Source: Methanocaldococcus indicus
Lineage (GTDB): Archaea > AGJL01 > Methanococci > Methanococcales > Methanocaldococcaceae
Direction: 5' to 3'
Assembly (NCBI RefSeq): GCF_049554935.1
Contig: NZ_CP186926.1
Coordinates: 64,001 to 128,000 of the forward strand
DNA: 64,000 nucleotides
The first letter of the stretch is position 1, and every line of letters begins with the position of its first letter. The position numbers and the translations under genes are program-made. The notes beneath the pieces were generated by a model. It made no database searches and was not told the DNA's origin. It worked only from the letters and a program-made list of their open reading frames with translations. Positions 23,203 through 33,916 of the stretch are shown here, one piece after another.

Positions 23203-24798
23203 TTATTTATTAGCAAACATTTCTTCTTTTTCTTCTTCTGTTAATATTTTAACAATTTCTTCTGGTTTTCCTACTTTAACTAACTTACCTTTTCTCATTA
23301 ATCCTGCTCTATCACAAACTTTTAAAACAAAGTCCATATCATGAGAAACTATAATGTATGTTTGTTCTAACTCAACTCTTGATTTTAATATTGATTCTGC
23401 TACTGTATTTCTTGTTATTGGATCCATTGTTCCAGTTGGCTCATCCAATATAACAACTCTTGGTTCTTTTATTAGTACTTGTGCTAATGCAACTCTATGT
23501 CTTTCTCCAACACTTAACTCATGTGGATATTTATCTAAAATTTTCTCAGCTTCTTCTTCACTAAATCCAACTGATGTTAAAGTATAGATAGCTTTCATCC
23601 TTGCAAACTCATCTGGAAGCTCTAAACCAATAGCAACAGTTAGATTTTCTAAGACAGTTCTGTATGGATAGAGTGCATATTCTTGGAATAGTATTCCAAT
23701 ATATCTCTTAACTCTACCTCTATGTAATCCCTTTTTAGTCATATCTATCCATTCATCACCTAATCTAAATAGATATCTTCCTTTTGATGGTTCTAAAACT
23801 CCTGCTATTATTTTAGCTAATGTTGTTTTTCCTGCTCCACTTGGTCCAACTAAACCAAATATTTCATTCTCTCTAATGTTTAGATTTACATTATCAACTG
23901 CTTTTATAACTCCTCTATCAACTGAACAGTAGTGTTTTGAGATATTTTCTAATCTTATAATGTCCTCTTTTATTTCAACTTCAACATCTGGCTTTTTAAA
24001 TTCTTTAACTTGTTCCATAAACTTCTTAACAATTTCCTTAGAATTACCTTCTGCTAAAATTTCTCCTTTTTCTAACCAGATAGCTCTATCTGTTAATTCA
24101 GCTATAACCTCTGGCCAGTGTGAAGTTAAAACTAATGATATTCCTTTATCAATAACTAAATTTCTTAAAGCATTATGAACAATTTCAGCTGTTTTAGGGT
24201 CTAATGTCCCAGTTGGCTCATCTGCTAAGAATATAAATGGTTCTTTAGCTACTTGTCTTGCTAAAACAACTCTCTGCTTCTCTCCCCCAGATAAATCTCT
24301 TGCAATATGTGTAATTCTATGCTCCAACTTAACCATTTTTATTAGTTCTAATGCCCTTTTATAGGCTTCTTCACCTTCATATCCAGCTTGATGTAAAGCC
24401 TCTAATACATTCTCTAAAACTGTTCTATCTCCATATAAAGCAAAAGTCCTTTGGAACATTATAGCAATTCTTTTTCTTAGTTGATAGGAATATTTTTTAT
24501 CTTCATATAAATTAACTTCCAACTTTTCCATCTCACTATTACATTTTTTACATATTTCTTTAGATGGAACATCTATAAATCCACACTTTTTACAGTATGA
24601 GATATGATAAATAACTTCTCCTTCAGTAGGTTCATATCCATCCATTCCTCTTAACATATGTAAAAGAACAGATTTTCCTGCTCCACTTCTACCTAATATT
24701 CCCAAAGCTTCTTTTTCATTTAAAGTAAATGAGATATTTTTTAAAACAACATTATCTCCAAATTTTTTAGTAACATTTTTAACCTCTAATAGTATCAT
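23203..24798 (-). CDS. atwA: Methyl-coenzyme M reductase system component A2
   Basis: Two ABC ATPase domains, CxxC...CxxC insert, no TM segments. Confidence 0.94.
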   Translation of the reverse strand: MILLEVKNVTKKFGDNVVLKNISFTLNEKEALGILGRSGAGKSVLLHMLRGMDGYEPTEGEVIYHISYCKKCGFIDVPSKEICKKCNSEMEKLEVNLYEDKKYSYQLRKRIAIMFQRTFALYGDRTVLENVLEALHQAGYEGEEAYKRALELIKMVKLEHRITHIARDLSGGEKQRVVLARQVAKEPFIFLADEPTGTLDPKTAEIVHNALRNLVIDKGISLVLTSHWPEVIAELTDRAIWLEKGEILAEGNSKEIVKKFMEQVKEFKKPDVEVEIKEDIIRLENISKHYCSVDRGVIKAVDNVNLNIRENEIFGLVGPSGAGKTTLAKIIAGVLEPSKGRYLFRLGDEWIDMTKKGLHRGRVKRYIGILFQEYALYPYRTVLENLTVAIGLELPDEFARMKAIYTLTSVGFSEEEAEKILDKYPHELSVGERHRVALAQVLIKEPRVVILDEPTGTMDPITRNTVAESILKSRVELEQTYIIVSHDMDFVLKVCDRAGLMRKGKLVKVGKPEEIVKILTEEEKEEMFANK

Positions 24799-25154
24799 TC
24801 TATCCCCTCTCTACAGTGTTTTCCATGTCTAAATCTATATCTAAAACATTCTCCACATTCCCTAATTTTATAGTGTCCTCCTTCAATATAGATAACTTTT
24901 CCATGTAGTAAAGCATCAACAATCTTTTTTCTTGCAGCTGTTAATAAATTCCACAAAGTTCTTCTTGAAATACCCATTAATTTAGCTGCCTCTTCCTGAG
25001 TTAAATCTAAATAATCAACTAATTTTAAAGCTTCTAACTCTTCAACAGTTAAATTAACTTTATCTAATTCAGATATTGGAATTCCTTGAGGTTTAAAAAC
25101 TTTAAATTTTGGTTCTTCACTTACTAGTCTTACAATTTTTGGTCTTCCTCTCAT
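24795..25154 (-). CDS. DUF134/UPF0251 HTH protein
   Basis: [35 protein letters not shown]; Cys/His tail. Confidence 0.9.
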   Translation of the reverse strand: MRGRPKIVRLVSEEPKFKVFKPQGIPISELDKVNLTVEELEALKLVDYLDLTQEEAAKLMGISRRTLWNLLTAARKKIVDALLHGKVIYIEGGHYKIRECGECFRYRFRHGKHCREGIE

Positions 25155-25155
25155 T

Positions 25156-25482
25156 TTAAACCACATTTACTTTTATATCTACTACTGGCACAGCAATAAT
25201 TGTATATTTCTCATTTGAGAGTTTTTCATTAATATACTTTTTAATCTTTAAAAACTTTTCTTCACTAACAACAGTCCCTATAACTACTGCATTTTTTGCT
25301 AAGTTTTTTATTGCATTAACAGCAGCTTCAGGAGCTTCATCAATTAAAAAACCTTTCCAATCTTGTGGAGACATACCTTTATATTCATATAAAAAGAATC
25401 CTGTTATTTCAGCCTCTGATAATGCATTTATTGCTTTTCCTACATTTTCAATTTCAACAAAAACATATACTAAAACTTTCAT
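25156..25482 (-). CDS. Conserved methanogen protein (MJ1244-like)
   Basis: [24 protein letters not shown] recognised from memory. Confidence 0.75.
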   Translation of the reverse strand: MKVLVYVFVEIENVGKAINALSEAEITGFFLYEYKGMSPQDWKGFLIDEAPEAAVNAIKNLAKNAVVIGTVVSEEKFLKIKKYINEKLSNEKYTIIAVPVVDIKVNVV

Positions 25483-25565
25483 AGTTTCCCCTCTCTATTG
25501 AGATAATTTTTATAATTTAATTAAGAATATTTATAATTAATGTTAAAAAAAATCGGGGATTAACT

Positions 25566-26543
25566 ATGTTAATAAGACCAAGAAGATTAAGAAAAAATAA
25601 AAAAATTAGGAATTTAGTAGCTGAAAGTTGTTTAAGTGTAAATGATTTAATAATGCCTATTTTTGTAGATGAAAATATAAAAGATAAAAAAGAGATTCCT
25701 TCAATGCCAAATCAATATAGATTTAGTGTAGAGAAAGCTATTGAAGAGGCAAAAGAAATAGCTGATTTAGGTATTCCAGCAGTTATATTATTTGGCATAC
25801 CAAAAGAAAAGGATGATTTTGCCACATCAGCATATAAGAGAGGTAATGTTATTGAAAGGACTATAAAAGGTATTAAAGAAGAGATTGGAGATGAGTTAAT
25901 AGTTATTGCTGACTGTTGCTTATGTGAATATACAACACATGGACATTGTGGAATAGTAAAAGATGGAAAAATTTTAAATGATGAAACTTTAGAAATTCTC
26001 CAGAAGATAGCTTTAAATTATGCTGAGGCAGGAGCTGATATTATAGCCCCTTCTGATATGATGGATGGAAGAGTTAGAGCAATAAGAGAAATCTTAGAGA
26101 AAGAAGGATTTACTGAAACTTTAATTATGAGTTATGCTGCAAAGTATGCATCCTCTTTTTATGGACCATTTAGAGTAGCTGCTGATTCAGCTCCAAAATT
26201 TGGAGACAGAAAAAGTTATCAAATGGATTATAGAAATTGGAGAGAAGCATTAAAAGAGATAGAGTTAGATATAAAAGAAGGAGCAGATTTGATTTTAATA
26301 AAACCTGCATTATCTTATTTAGATATTGTTAAATTGGCAAAAGATAGATTTTTATTGCCTATTGGGGCTTATTCAGTTAGTGGAGAATATTCTTTAGTTG
26401 AAAGTGGAGCTAAACTTGGATATATAAATAGGGATGAGGTTATTAAAGAGATACTTTATTCAATAAAAAGGGCAGGAGCAGACTTCATTATAACATATTG
26501 GGCAAAAGAAGTAGCAAAAAAAATAATTATGGGATTATTTTAA
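25566..26543 (+). CDS. hemB: Porphobilinogen synthase
   Basis: [36 protein letters not shown]. Confidence 0.97.
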   Translation: MLIRPRRLRKNKKIRNLVAESCLSVNDLIMPIFVDENIKDKKEIPSMPNQYRFSVEKAIEEAKEIADLGIPAVILFGIPKEKDDFATSAYKRGNVIERTIKGIKEEIGDELIVIADCCLCEYTTHGHCGIVKDGKILNDETLEILQKIALNYAEAGADIIAPSDMMDGRVRAIREILEKEGFTETLIMSYAAKYASSFYGPFRVAADSAPKFGDRKSYQMDYRNWREALKEIELDIKEGADLILIKPALSYLDIVKLAKDRFLLPIGAYSVSGEYSLVESGAKLGYINRDEVIKEILYSIKRAGADFIITYWAKEVAKKIIMGLF

Positions 26544-27707
26544 TTCTAAAACTTTCTTTTTTTCTTTTTCAGCAACACTTAAACATAATAGACACATAAC
26601 ACAGAATCCTTTTAATGGCAATTTTTCTGACCTTGTTAATCTTAGTGTTTTCATAGGACAAACTTTGACACATTCACCACATTTTTGACATAGATATGGA
26701 GAGTATTCAATTCTATTATACTCTTTTCCATTATGCTCTATCTTACCTAATTTTAGAGCTCCATTTGGACATGCAACTGTACAAGCTCCACAAACTATAC
26801 ACATTCTAACTTCTTTTTTATCTTCATCTACTACTATTGCATCAGTTGGACAAACAGATGCACATTTTTTTAATATCTCAAAGTCTTCCTCTACAATAAC
26901 CAATCCTTCATCAGTTATTGGATGTGGTGAGCTATATTTAACATCTAACTCTAATGCATCAACTGGACATGTTTTTACACACAACTTACATGCTGGACAT
27001 GCCTTTGGAACTTTAACAATCATGTTTTCATAATCTACTTTAATCATGTTTCCAGGACAAACTTCAACACATTCTAAACAGAATATACATTTTTCTTCAT
27101 CAACAACAAATTTTTTGATTTCCTTTCTTCTTTTCTTAGGTATTTTTCCAGCTACATATATAGCATTCCAAGGACAGGTTTGAGCACAAATTGAACAGTA
27201 AATACACTTACTTTTATCAATAACTGCCTTATTATTCTCTATTGTTATAGCATTAACTGGACATTCTGGGACACAAATCTCACAACCAACACAGCTCTCA
27301 GTTACAACTATTGGCTCTTTTGGTATTTCAATTTTTTTGAGTGGTTTATCTATAACTCCTGGGAGTGAGATTATTTCAATTGGACATACATCTATACACT
27401 TTAAACATAAAACACAATGTCCTTTTGAGTAAGGGAATGTATCATCAACTTTCTTTATTCCTGTTGGACATACTTCTTGACAAGTACCACATTTTTCACA
27501 TTTATGGGGTAAGTATCCAACTCTTTTTAATTTCTTCCCATCTAACTCAATCTCTTCCTCTACTAATGCTCCTGTAGGACATGACTCAACACACTGGAAA
27601 CACAATGCACATACCTTAAAACTGTCTATGTCTATAGCTCCATTTGGACATTCTGCTTGGCATGCATAACATACCAAACATGCATCTTTCTGGATTGTTA
27701 TTGGCAT
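26535..27707 (-). CDS. vhuB: Polyferredoxin of the F420-non-reducing hydrogenase operon
   Basis: Many CxxCxxCxxxCP repeats; last gene of vhuDGAUB. Confidence 0.92.
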   Translation of the reverse strand: MPITIQKDACLVCYACQAECPNGAIDIDSFKVCALCFQCVESCPTGALVEEEIELDGKKLKRVGYLPHKCEKCGTCQEVCPTGIKKVDDTFPYSKGHCVLCLKCIDVCPIEIISLPGVIDKPLKKIEIPKEPIVVTESCVGCEICVPECPVNAITIENNKAVIDKSKCIYCSICAQTCPWNAIYVAGKIPKKRRKEIKKFVVDEEKCIFCLECVEVCPGNMIKVDYENMIVKVPKACPACKLCVKTCPVDALELDVKYSSPHPITDEGLVIVEEDFEILKKCASVCPTDAIVVDEDKKEVRMCIVCGACTVACPNGALKLGKIEHNGKEYNRIEYSPYLCQKCGECVKVCPMKTLRLTRSEKLPLKGFCVMCLLCLSVAEKEKKKVLELK

Positions 27708-27745
27708 CTATTCACCTTTTTAAAGTTTATAAAAAATAGAAAGGT

Positions 27746-27781
27746 GCTCACAACCTCCCACAAAGGGGTTCGGTTGTGAGC
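27746..27781 (-). promoter_or_regulatory. Archaeal SECIS element (vhuU 3' UTR)
   Basis: Minus strand GCUCACAACC-GAA-CCCC-UUUG-UGGG-A-GGUUGUGAGC: 10-bp stem with GAA/A internal loop, starting at the vhuU stop codon. Confidence 0.92.
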
Positions 27782-27933
27782 TATTCACTTTTTATAACTT
27801 TGATTATTTCTCCTTTTTCATTCTTTATTATTATATGGGCAGCACATGAATATCAAGGGTCATAAGCTCTTAAAACCATCTCTATTAAGTTTAACTTATA
27901 CTCTTCAATTTTTATCTCTTTTTCATTACTCAT
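27781..27933 (-). CDS. vhuU: F420-non-reducing [NiFeSe] hydrogenase subunit U (selenoprotein, 50 aa)
   Basis: [33 protein letters not shown]...; in-frame TGA at 27855-27853 in the DPUxxCxxH Ni-binding motif; missed by the ORF track. Confidence 0.95.
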
Positions 27934-27968
27934 ACTTACTCACCTCTAAATTATCATTTATAATTTTC

Positions 27969-29225
27969 TTATTCATTTAGTATTTTTTCAACAGCTTGAA
28001 TTATTGCTTGTTCCATTGGTGGAACATTGTGTGTTGATGCAACTATCATATTAGCTTTAACAACAATACCATTCTCATCAGTTTCATAGTTGTGGATTAA
28101 AACTCCTCTTGGAGCTTCTACAACACCTACACCGACTCCTGCCTTAGGTTCAACATCTACCTTAATGTTATCTGAAGTAATGTCATTATCCTCTAATAAT
28201 ATTTTAGCTTTCTCACAAGCTTCAACTAATTCAATCATTCTCGCATAGTGATATGCTAATGATTCTTTAACTGGAAATTCAAAAGTTTCAAAGAACTCTT
28301 TTCTATATTCTTCTGCCAACTCTGTCTCCATTTCGTCACAAACATTTAACATAGCTAATGGCCCAACTCTATAAATTCCATCTGGATAGCCAACTTTTTT
28401 ATAGTATGGATATTTAACATAAGAATGTTTAACAACATGCTCTCCTATATAATCTAAATATTCTTCTGGTTTAAATTCTACCTTTTCTTTACCATCAGGA
28501 GATAAAAATCTTAAAGTTCCATCATAGAATGTGTGCTTTCCTTCATTTAATATTCCTAAATACCAAGTGTCTATAACTCCAAGCTCTTTAACTTTGTCCA
28601 TAAATTTATTAGTTATATCTTTTACAACTTCCACACTTTCCTTAGCATATTCAATCATTGTATCTATTTCTTTTAAGAGTTTATCTCTTTCTTCTTCTTT
28701 CATTCTTTTTGATACTCCTCCAGGAACTCCTGTTATTGGATGTATTGCTTTACCTCCTGTTACATCTACTAATCTTTGTCCAAATCTTCTTAATGCTATT
28801 GCCTTTTTAGCTAATTCAGGATTCTCATTTATTAATCCAACAATATTTCTAATCTCTGGAGATGCATCTACTCCTAATATAAAGTCAGGAGCACATAAGA
28901 AGAAAAAATGTAGTGCATGACTGTGAATCATATTACCTAATAACATTAATTCTCTCAATTTTTTTGCAGTATCTGGTATCTCAACTCCCCAAGCATTATC
29001 AACTGCTTTAACACTTGCTAAGTGGTGAGGAGCTTGACAAATTCCACAGATTCTTGGGACAATTCTTGGAACTTCCTCAGCTGGCCTACCAACAACAAAC
29101 TGCTCAAATCCTCTAAGTGCAGTTATGTGTAATCTAACATTTTTAGGTTTTCCATTTTCATCTAATATAATCTCAACTTTACCATGCCCTTCTACTCTGG
29201 ATATGGGCTCAATATGTAAATGCAT
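27969..29225 (-). CDS. vhuA: F420-non-reducing hydrogenase large subunit A
   Basis: RVEGH, RICGIC, EAPRG; lacks the C-terminal DPCxxC, which VhuU supplies. Confidence 0.95.
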   Translation of the reverse strand: MHLHIEPISRVEGHGKVEIILDENGKPKNVRLHITALRGFEQFVVGRPAEEVPRIVPRICGICQAPHHLASVKAVDNAWGVEIPDTAKKLRELMLLGNMIHSHALHFFFLCAPDFILGVDASPEIRNIVGLINENPELAKKAIALRRFGQRLVDVTGGKAIHPITGVPGGVSKRMKEEERDKLLKEIDTMIEYAKESVEVVKDITNKFMDKVKELGVIDTWYLGILNEGKHTFYDGTLRFLSPDGKEKVEFKPEEYLDYIGEHVVKHSYVKYPYYKKVGYPDGIYRVGPLAMLNVCDEMETELAEEYRKEFFETFEFPVKESLAYHYARMIELVEACEKAKILLEDNDITSDNIKVDVEPKAGVGVGVVEAPRGVLIHNYETDENGIVVKANMIVASTHNVPPMEQAIIQAVEKILNE

Positions 29226-29240
29226 ATAATCACCTTAAAT

Positions 29241-30101
29241 TTATTTGATTTTTCTGTTTATTAATGCAGCAGGTAATGAAAATCTTTCTATTAATGCTAT
29301 TTTATCTGGAATCTTTAAAGCTTCTTCAATGTTTGCATTTGCAAATGTATTTGCTATCTTTATTATATCAAGAGTTGCATCAGTTTTTCCATAACATCCT
29401 CTACATGGCATTCCAGCTCTTGGACACTTAGCACCACATCCTGCTCTTGTTCCAGCACCTAAACAAGTATAACCTTGTTCAAATAGACATTTCTCTGGGT
29501 CTGGCTTTCCATCAAAACTTCTCTTAAACTTCTCTGGAAATACATTTTCTTTCTTTCTTGGACACTCATCACAAACAGTTTTTTTAGGTAATTCTGGTTT
29601 TTCTCCATTTAATAGAGCTGTTAAAACTTTTGCAATTAATTCAGGGGATGGAGGACATCCTGGAACTTCATAATCTACAACAATAACATCTGATATAGGT
29701 TTTACAACATCTGTTAATTTTGGTATTCCTTCTTCTGGGATTTCCCCTTTATTTTCTGTTGAATCTGTTGAATATACAGTTTTTAATAGTTCTTCTGTAT
29801 CATATAAATTTCCTAATCCTGGAATTCCCCCATAAACTGCACAAGTTCCAAATGCTATAACATATTTAGATTTTTCTCTAATTTCATGGAGTAAATGTTC
29901 GTCATGCTCGTTTCTAACTCCTCCTTCAACTAAAAATACATCTATTCCTTCTGGAATCTCTTTATTATCCATTAATATAGGTGAATATACAATCTCAATG
30001 TTTGGTAGTAAATCTAATAAGTTATCATGTAAATCTAACAATGATATATGACATCCTGAACATCCACATAACTGGATTGTTCCTATTTTTGCTTTACTCA
30101 A
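29241..30101 (-). CDS. vhuG: F420-non-reducing hydrogenase small subunit G
   Basis: CGCSGCH, GTCAVYGG, PGCPP, CRGCYG; TTG start after GGGTGA. Confidence 0.94.
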   Translation of the reverse strand: MSKAKIGTIQLCGCSGCHISLLDLHDNLLDLLPNIEIVYSPILMDNKEIPEGIDVFLVEGGVRNEHDEHLLHEIREKSKYVIAFGTCAVYGGIPGLGNLYDTEELLKTVYSTDSTENKGEIPEEGIPKLTDVVKPISDVIVVDYEVPGCPPSPELIAKVLTALLNGEKPELPKKTVCDECPRKKENVFPEKFKRSFDGKPDPEKCLFEQGYTCLGAGTRAGCGAKCPRAGMPCRGCYGKTDATLDIIKIANTFANANIEEALKIPDKIALIERFSLPAALINRKIK

Positions 30102-30172
30102 AATATCACCCTACAAATAGATTTAATAAATTTAAAAAAGTTTATTTTCCCCCTCACCTCAGGGGGTGGTTA

Positions 30173-30207
30173 CCCTTCTGGTCCCTTTATCAGGGTTCCC
30201 AGAAGGG
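30173..30207 (-). promoter_or_regulatory. Archaeal SECIS element (vhuD 3' UTR)
   Basis: Minus strand CCCUUCUGG-GAA-CCCU-GAUAA-AGGG-A-CCAGAAGGG, 18 nt after the vhuD stop. Confidence 0.92.
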
Positions 30208-30224
30208 CTCATCCCTTATCTTAT

Positions 30225-30623
30225 TTATTTGAGAGGGTTAGGTCCCAATTTTTTAATTCTTTCAGTCATTTCTATAGATGCTTTAACGAATTTATCAGCT
30301 TCAGCAGCTGACATAAAGAACATTTCTACTCTTTCTCCACCTAATCCATATTCATCTAATAATGATTTTAGGAACCTAACCCTCTCTTCAGCCTTTAAGT
30401 TACCTGTTTCATAAACACATTCTCCTTTTTTTCAACCAACAACCATTACTCCATCTGCCCCTTTCTGGAAGGCTCTTAATGCATAAGTAATGTCGAACCT
30501 TCCAGTACAGGGGATTCTTATAACTCTAATTGATGGAGGATATTGCATTCTACTTGTCCCAGCTAAATCAGCTGCTCCATATCCTCATTGATAACAACAG
30601 AACGCTATTATTAATGGTTCCAT
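30225..30623 (-). CDS. vhuD: F420-non-reducing hydrogenase iron-sulfur subunit D (selenoprotein with two Sec, 132 aa)
   Basis: [22 protein letters not shown]...PCTGR...VVG-U-KKGEC...GPNPLK*; in-frame TGA at 30587-30585 and 30434-30432, both at conserved Cys positions; missed by the ORF track. Confidence 0.95.
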
Positions 30624-30723
30624 ACTCTCACTCTAAGATATTTTTTTATTTAGTTTTATTCTAATGATAAATTATTAGTCATTTAGGTCATCAGGGCATA
30701 ATGCCCCTCATCTAAGATTTATT

Positions 30724-32751
30724 TTAAGATTTAATTTTTAATTTTTCTTTAATTTTTTCAATATCCCCAATTTGATTTACTAATTTGTGGATTTCCACAA
30801 CTGCATCAATTTCTGGGATGATTTGTTCATCTCTATAGTATCTTAACTGCATAGCTCCTGCTGGACAAACTCCTGCACAAGCTCCACAACCTTTACAAGC
30901 AACATCATCTACAACTGCTATTAAATGGCCTTCTTTTTCTCTATATGTTATAGCCTTATATGGACAAACTTTAGCACAAACTTGACATCCACCACAAATC
31001 TCTTCATTAACTGTAGCTCTAATCATCTCAATTTTAAACTTACCTTGAGACATTGGTATTGCAACTGCACTTGCAGCCCCTTTAGCTTGAGCAACTGTAT
31101 CTGGAATATCTTTTGGTCCTTGTGCTACTCCTGCAATTGCAATACCATCTACTTTTGTATTAACTGGAGCTAATTTTGGATGTAGTTCTTTAAAGAATCC
31201 ATCAGGACTTAACTCTAAACCTAACATTTTTGCTAATTTTGGATTATCTGGTCTTGGTGATAATCCAGCTGATAATACAACTAAATCTACTTCTAATTCA
31301 AATACCTCTCCTAATAAAGTATCTTCAACCCTAACAATTAAGTTCTTTGTTTCAGGGTCTTCCATTATACAGGCTGGTCTTCCTCTAATAAATTTGACTC
31401 CAAACTGTTCTTGGGCTCTTTTGTAATACTCTTCATAACCTTTACCAAATGCTCTAATATCCATATAGCAGATATAAACCTCAGCGGATGGGTCATGCTG
31501 TTTAATTAATTGAGCATTTTTTAAAGCAAACATACAGCAGATTCTTGAACAGTATGGTTTTCCAACTTTTAAATCTCTTGAACCAACACATTGGATAAAC
31601 AATACTCTTTTTGGATGTTTTCCATCACTTGGTCTAATTTCATGCCCTCCTGTTGGTCCAGCTGGGTTAATCATTCTTTCTAATTCTAAGGTGGTTATAA
31701 CATTATCATAAACTCCATAACCATATTCTTCTTTCAATGTACAATCAAATTCATTATATCCAACTGCATTAATTATAGTTCCAACTTTTAATTTGATTTC
31801 TTCTGGTTTTTGGTCATATCTTATAGCTCCAGGACCACAAACTTTCTCACACAATCCACATCTTATACAGTGTTCCATATCAATTGTATAAACCAAAGGA
31901 ACAGCTTGTGGGAATGGAACATATATAGCTTTTCTTGTACCTAATCCACAGTCAAATTCATTTGGAACTTCAATTGGACAAACAGCTGCACAAGCTCCAC
32001 AACCAGTACAGACATTTTCATCTACATATCTTGGCTTTTTCTCAATAGTTACCTCAAAGTTTCCAATGTATCCACTAACTTCTTTTAATTCAGCATAGGT
32101 TATTAATTCAACATTGGGGTGGTTCGCAACGCTAACCATCTTTGGGGCGAGAATTCACAGCGCACAGTCATCAGTTGGGAATGTCTTAGCAAGTTGAGCC
32201 ATCCTTCCTCCAATAGATGGCTCTTTTTCTAATAAATAAACTTTAAATCCTTGGTCTCCCAAATCAAGAGCTGCTTGAATTCCTGCTATACCTCCTCCAA
32301 TAATTAAACAGGATTTATCAACATCAACAATCTTTTGAGGAACATCTTCTAATCTTTTAGCTCTTTCAACTGCTGCAGCTACTAATTCCATTGCCTTTTT
32401 TGTAGCTGCTTCTTTATCTTGCATATGAACAAAAGAATCATGCTCTCTAATATTCACAAACTCTAAATAGTATGGAGATAGTCCTGCTTCTTGGATACAG
32501 TTTCTAAAAGTAGGTTCATGTATCTTTGGAGTACATGCTGCAACTACAATTCTATTTAAATTATATTTCTTTATATCTTCTTTAATCAAGTTTTGTCCTG
32601 GGTCTGCACACATAAAAGGATATTCTCTTGCTACTACTACACCATCTAACTTCTCAGCAAAATCTCTAACTTTTGAACAATCTACAACTGCTTTAATGTT
32701 CAATCCACAATGACATACATATACTCCAATTCTTGGAGTTTCATTTTCCAT
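30724..32751 (-). CDS. hdrA: Heterodisulfide reductase subunit A (selenoprotein, 675 aa)
   Basis: The two track ORFs are in one frame, joined through TGA 32157-32155 in KTFPTDDCAL-U-ILAP (conserved Cys position); FAD motif GGGIAG and ferredoxin motifs. Confidence 0.96.
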
Positions 32752-32870
32752 AGTTACACCTCAAAAATAATAGCAACTCTATTTTAATGTATAATTAAAG
32801 GTTATATATAAAAAAGTATATTCTCAAACTATTTAATAAGAGCTATTAAAAAATAAAATAAAAGAGGTAG

Positions 32871-33908
32871 TTATTTTCTAAAATATTTTAGCATAGGTTT
32901 TGTTATAATAGGTTTTTCTGGAATTAAACCAGATGGTTTGTAATAAAGAATTAGAAGCATTATTACTCCAAATAACATATATGATAACCATGTGGGCTCA
33001 AAAGGTATTCCTAAGGTGTATTTTATTTGATATTTATAGATATCCAACAATACCTTAACTACTACATAAGCTAAAACTCCAACTAACACTCCATTGTTAT
33101 TTCCTTTTCCTCCCAATAGAACCATTAAAAATGGAAAGAATGTCCATTCAGCCCTTGTAAATGCATTAGCCACTATATTTCCTGTGTAGAGGGAATATAA
33201 TACTCCTGCTATTGCTCCAATGGCAGTACCAATAGCTACTGTTTTTATTCTTAGAAGCATTATATTTCTACCAAAAGCCTTAACAGTATTTTCATTTTCT
33301 CTCATAGCTCTTAAAACTCTACCATAAGGTGTATTTAATAATCTTTGCATAAATAAATATACTAAAAATGCTATTACTAATACAATTCCTGTAAATATAA
33401 TTCCTCTATACTCTCCTGAGGCAAATGCTAATATATCAGGAACAGATATTCCATAATATCCACCAATAATATTTAAGTTATATAAACAAACTAAAAACAC
33501 TGTTTCAGAGATAGCCAATAATGTTACCCCTAAATAGTCCTCTTTTAATTTGGCACTTGGTAGAATAAATATAGCTCCAACAATTAAACCTAATATAACA
33601 GCTAATACAATTGAACTAATTAAAATTAAAAATCCCATAAGTGGATTAATTGCTATCAATTGAGTCATCTTAGAAGCTGCAACAGTTGAAGCATTAATAA
33701 AATCTCCACTAATTCCAAAATACCATATTAATAACCTATCTAATATGGCTCCAACAGCTATGGCCCCTACTAAAACAGATAAAGCTTTTCCAAAGTTTGG
33801 AATTCCTGCATATCCAAATTCTATATTTAAAGAGAGAGAAACAATAGCATATATTCCAAACCATAATAAAATTAGAGAGATAACATCCAATATTAGCATT
33901 ATTTTCAC
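32871..33908 (-). CDS. livM: Branched-chain amino acid ABC transporter permease
   Basis: SLNIEFGYAG, DYLGVTLLA, PYGRVLRAMRENE, VLLGG. Confidence 0.9.
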   Translation of the reverse strand: MKIMLILDVISLILLWFGIYAIVSLSLNIEFGYAGIPNFGKALSVLVGAIAVGAILDRLLIWYFGISGDFINASTVAASKMTQLIAINPLMGFLILISSIVLAVILGLIVGAIFILPSAKLKEDYLGVTLLAISETVFLVCLYNLNIIGGYYGISVPDILAFASGEYRGIIFTGIVLVIAFLVYLFMQRLLNTPYGRVLRAMRENENTVKAFGRNIMLLRIKTVAIGTAIGAIAGVLYSLYTGNIVANAFTRAEWTFFPFLMVLLGGKGNNNGVLVGVLAYVVVKVLLDIYKYQIKYTLGIPFEPTWLSYMLFGVIMLLILYYKPSGLIPEKPIITKPMLKYFRK

Positions 33909-33916
33909 CTCTTATC

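Noticed and set aside
26535-26543. Convergent overlaps (hemB/vhuB; also UPF0146/rpl39e at 44500-44510) as antisense regulation
   Set aside because: Overlaps of 9-11 bp are ordinary in compact archaeal genomes.
27969-29225. vhuA as a truncated hydrogenase
   Set aside because: The missing C-terminal Ni ligands are in the separate vhuU gene, the known Methanococcales arrangement.
30724-32751. hdrA as two genes or a nonsense pseudogene
   Set aside because: Both parts are in one frame and the TGA is at a conserved Cys position of a known selenoprotein.
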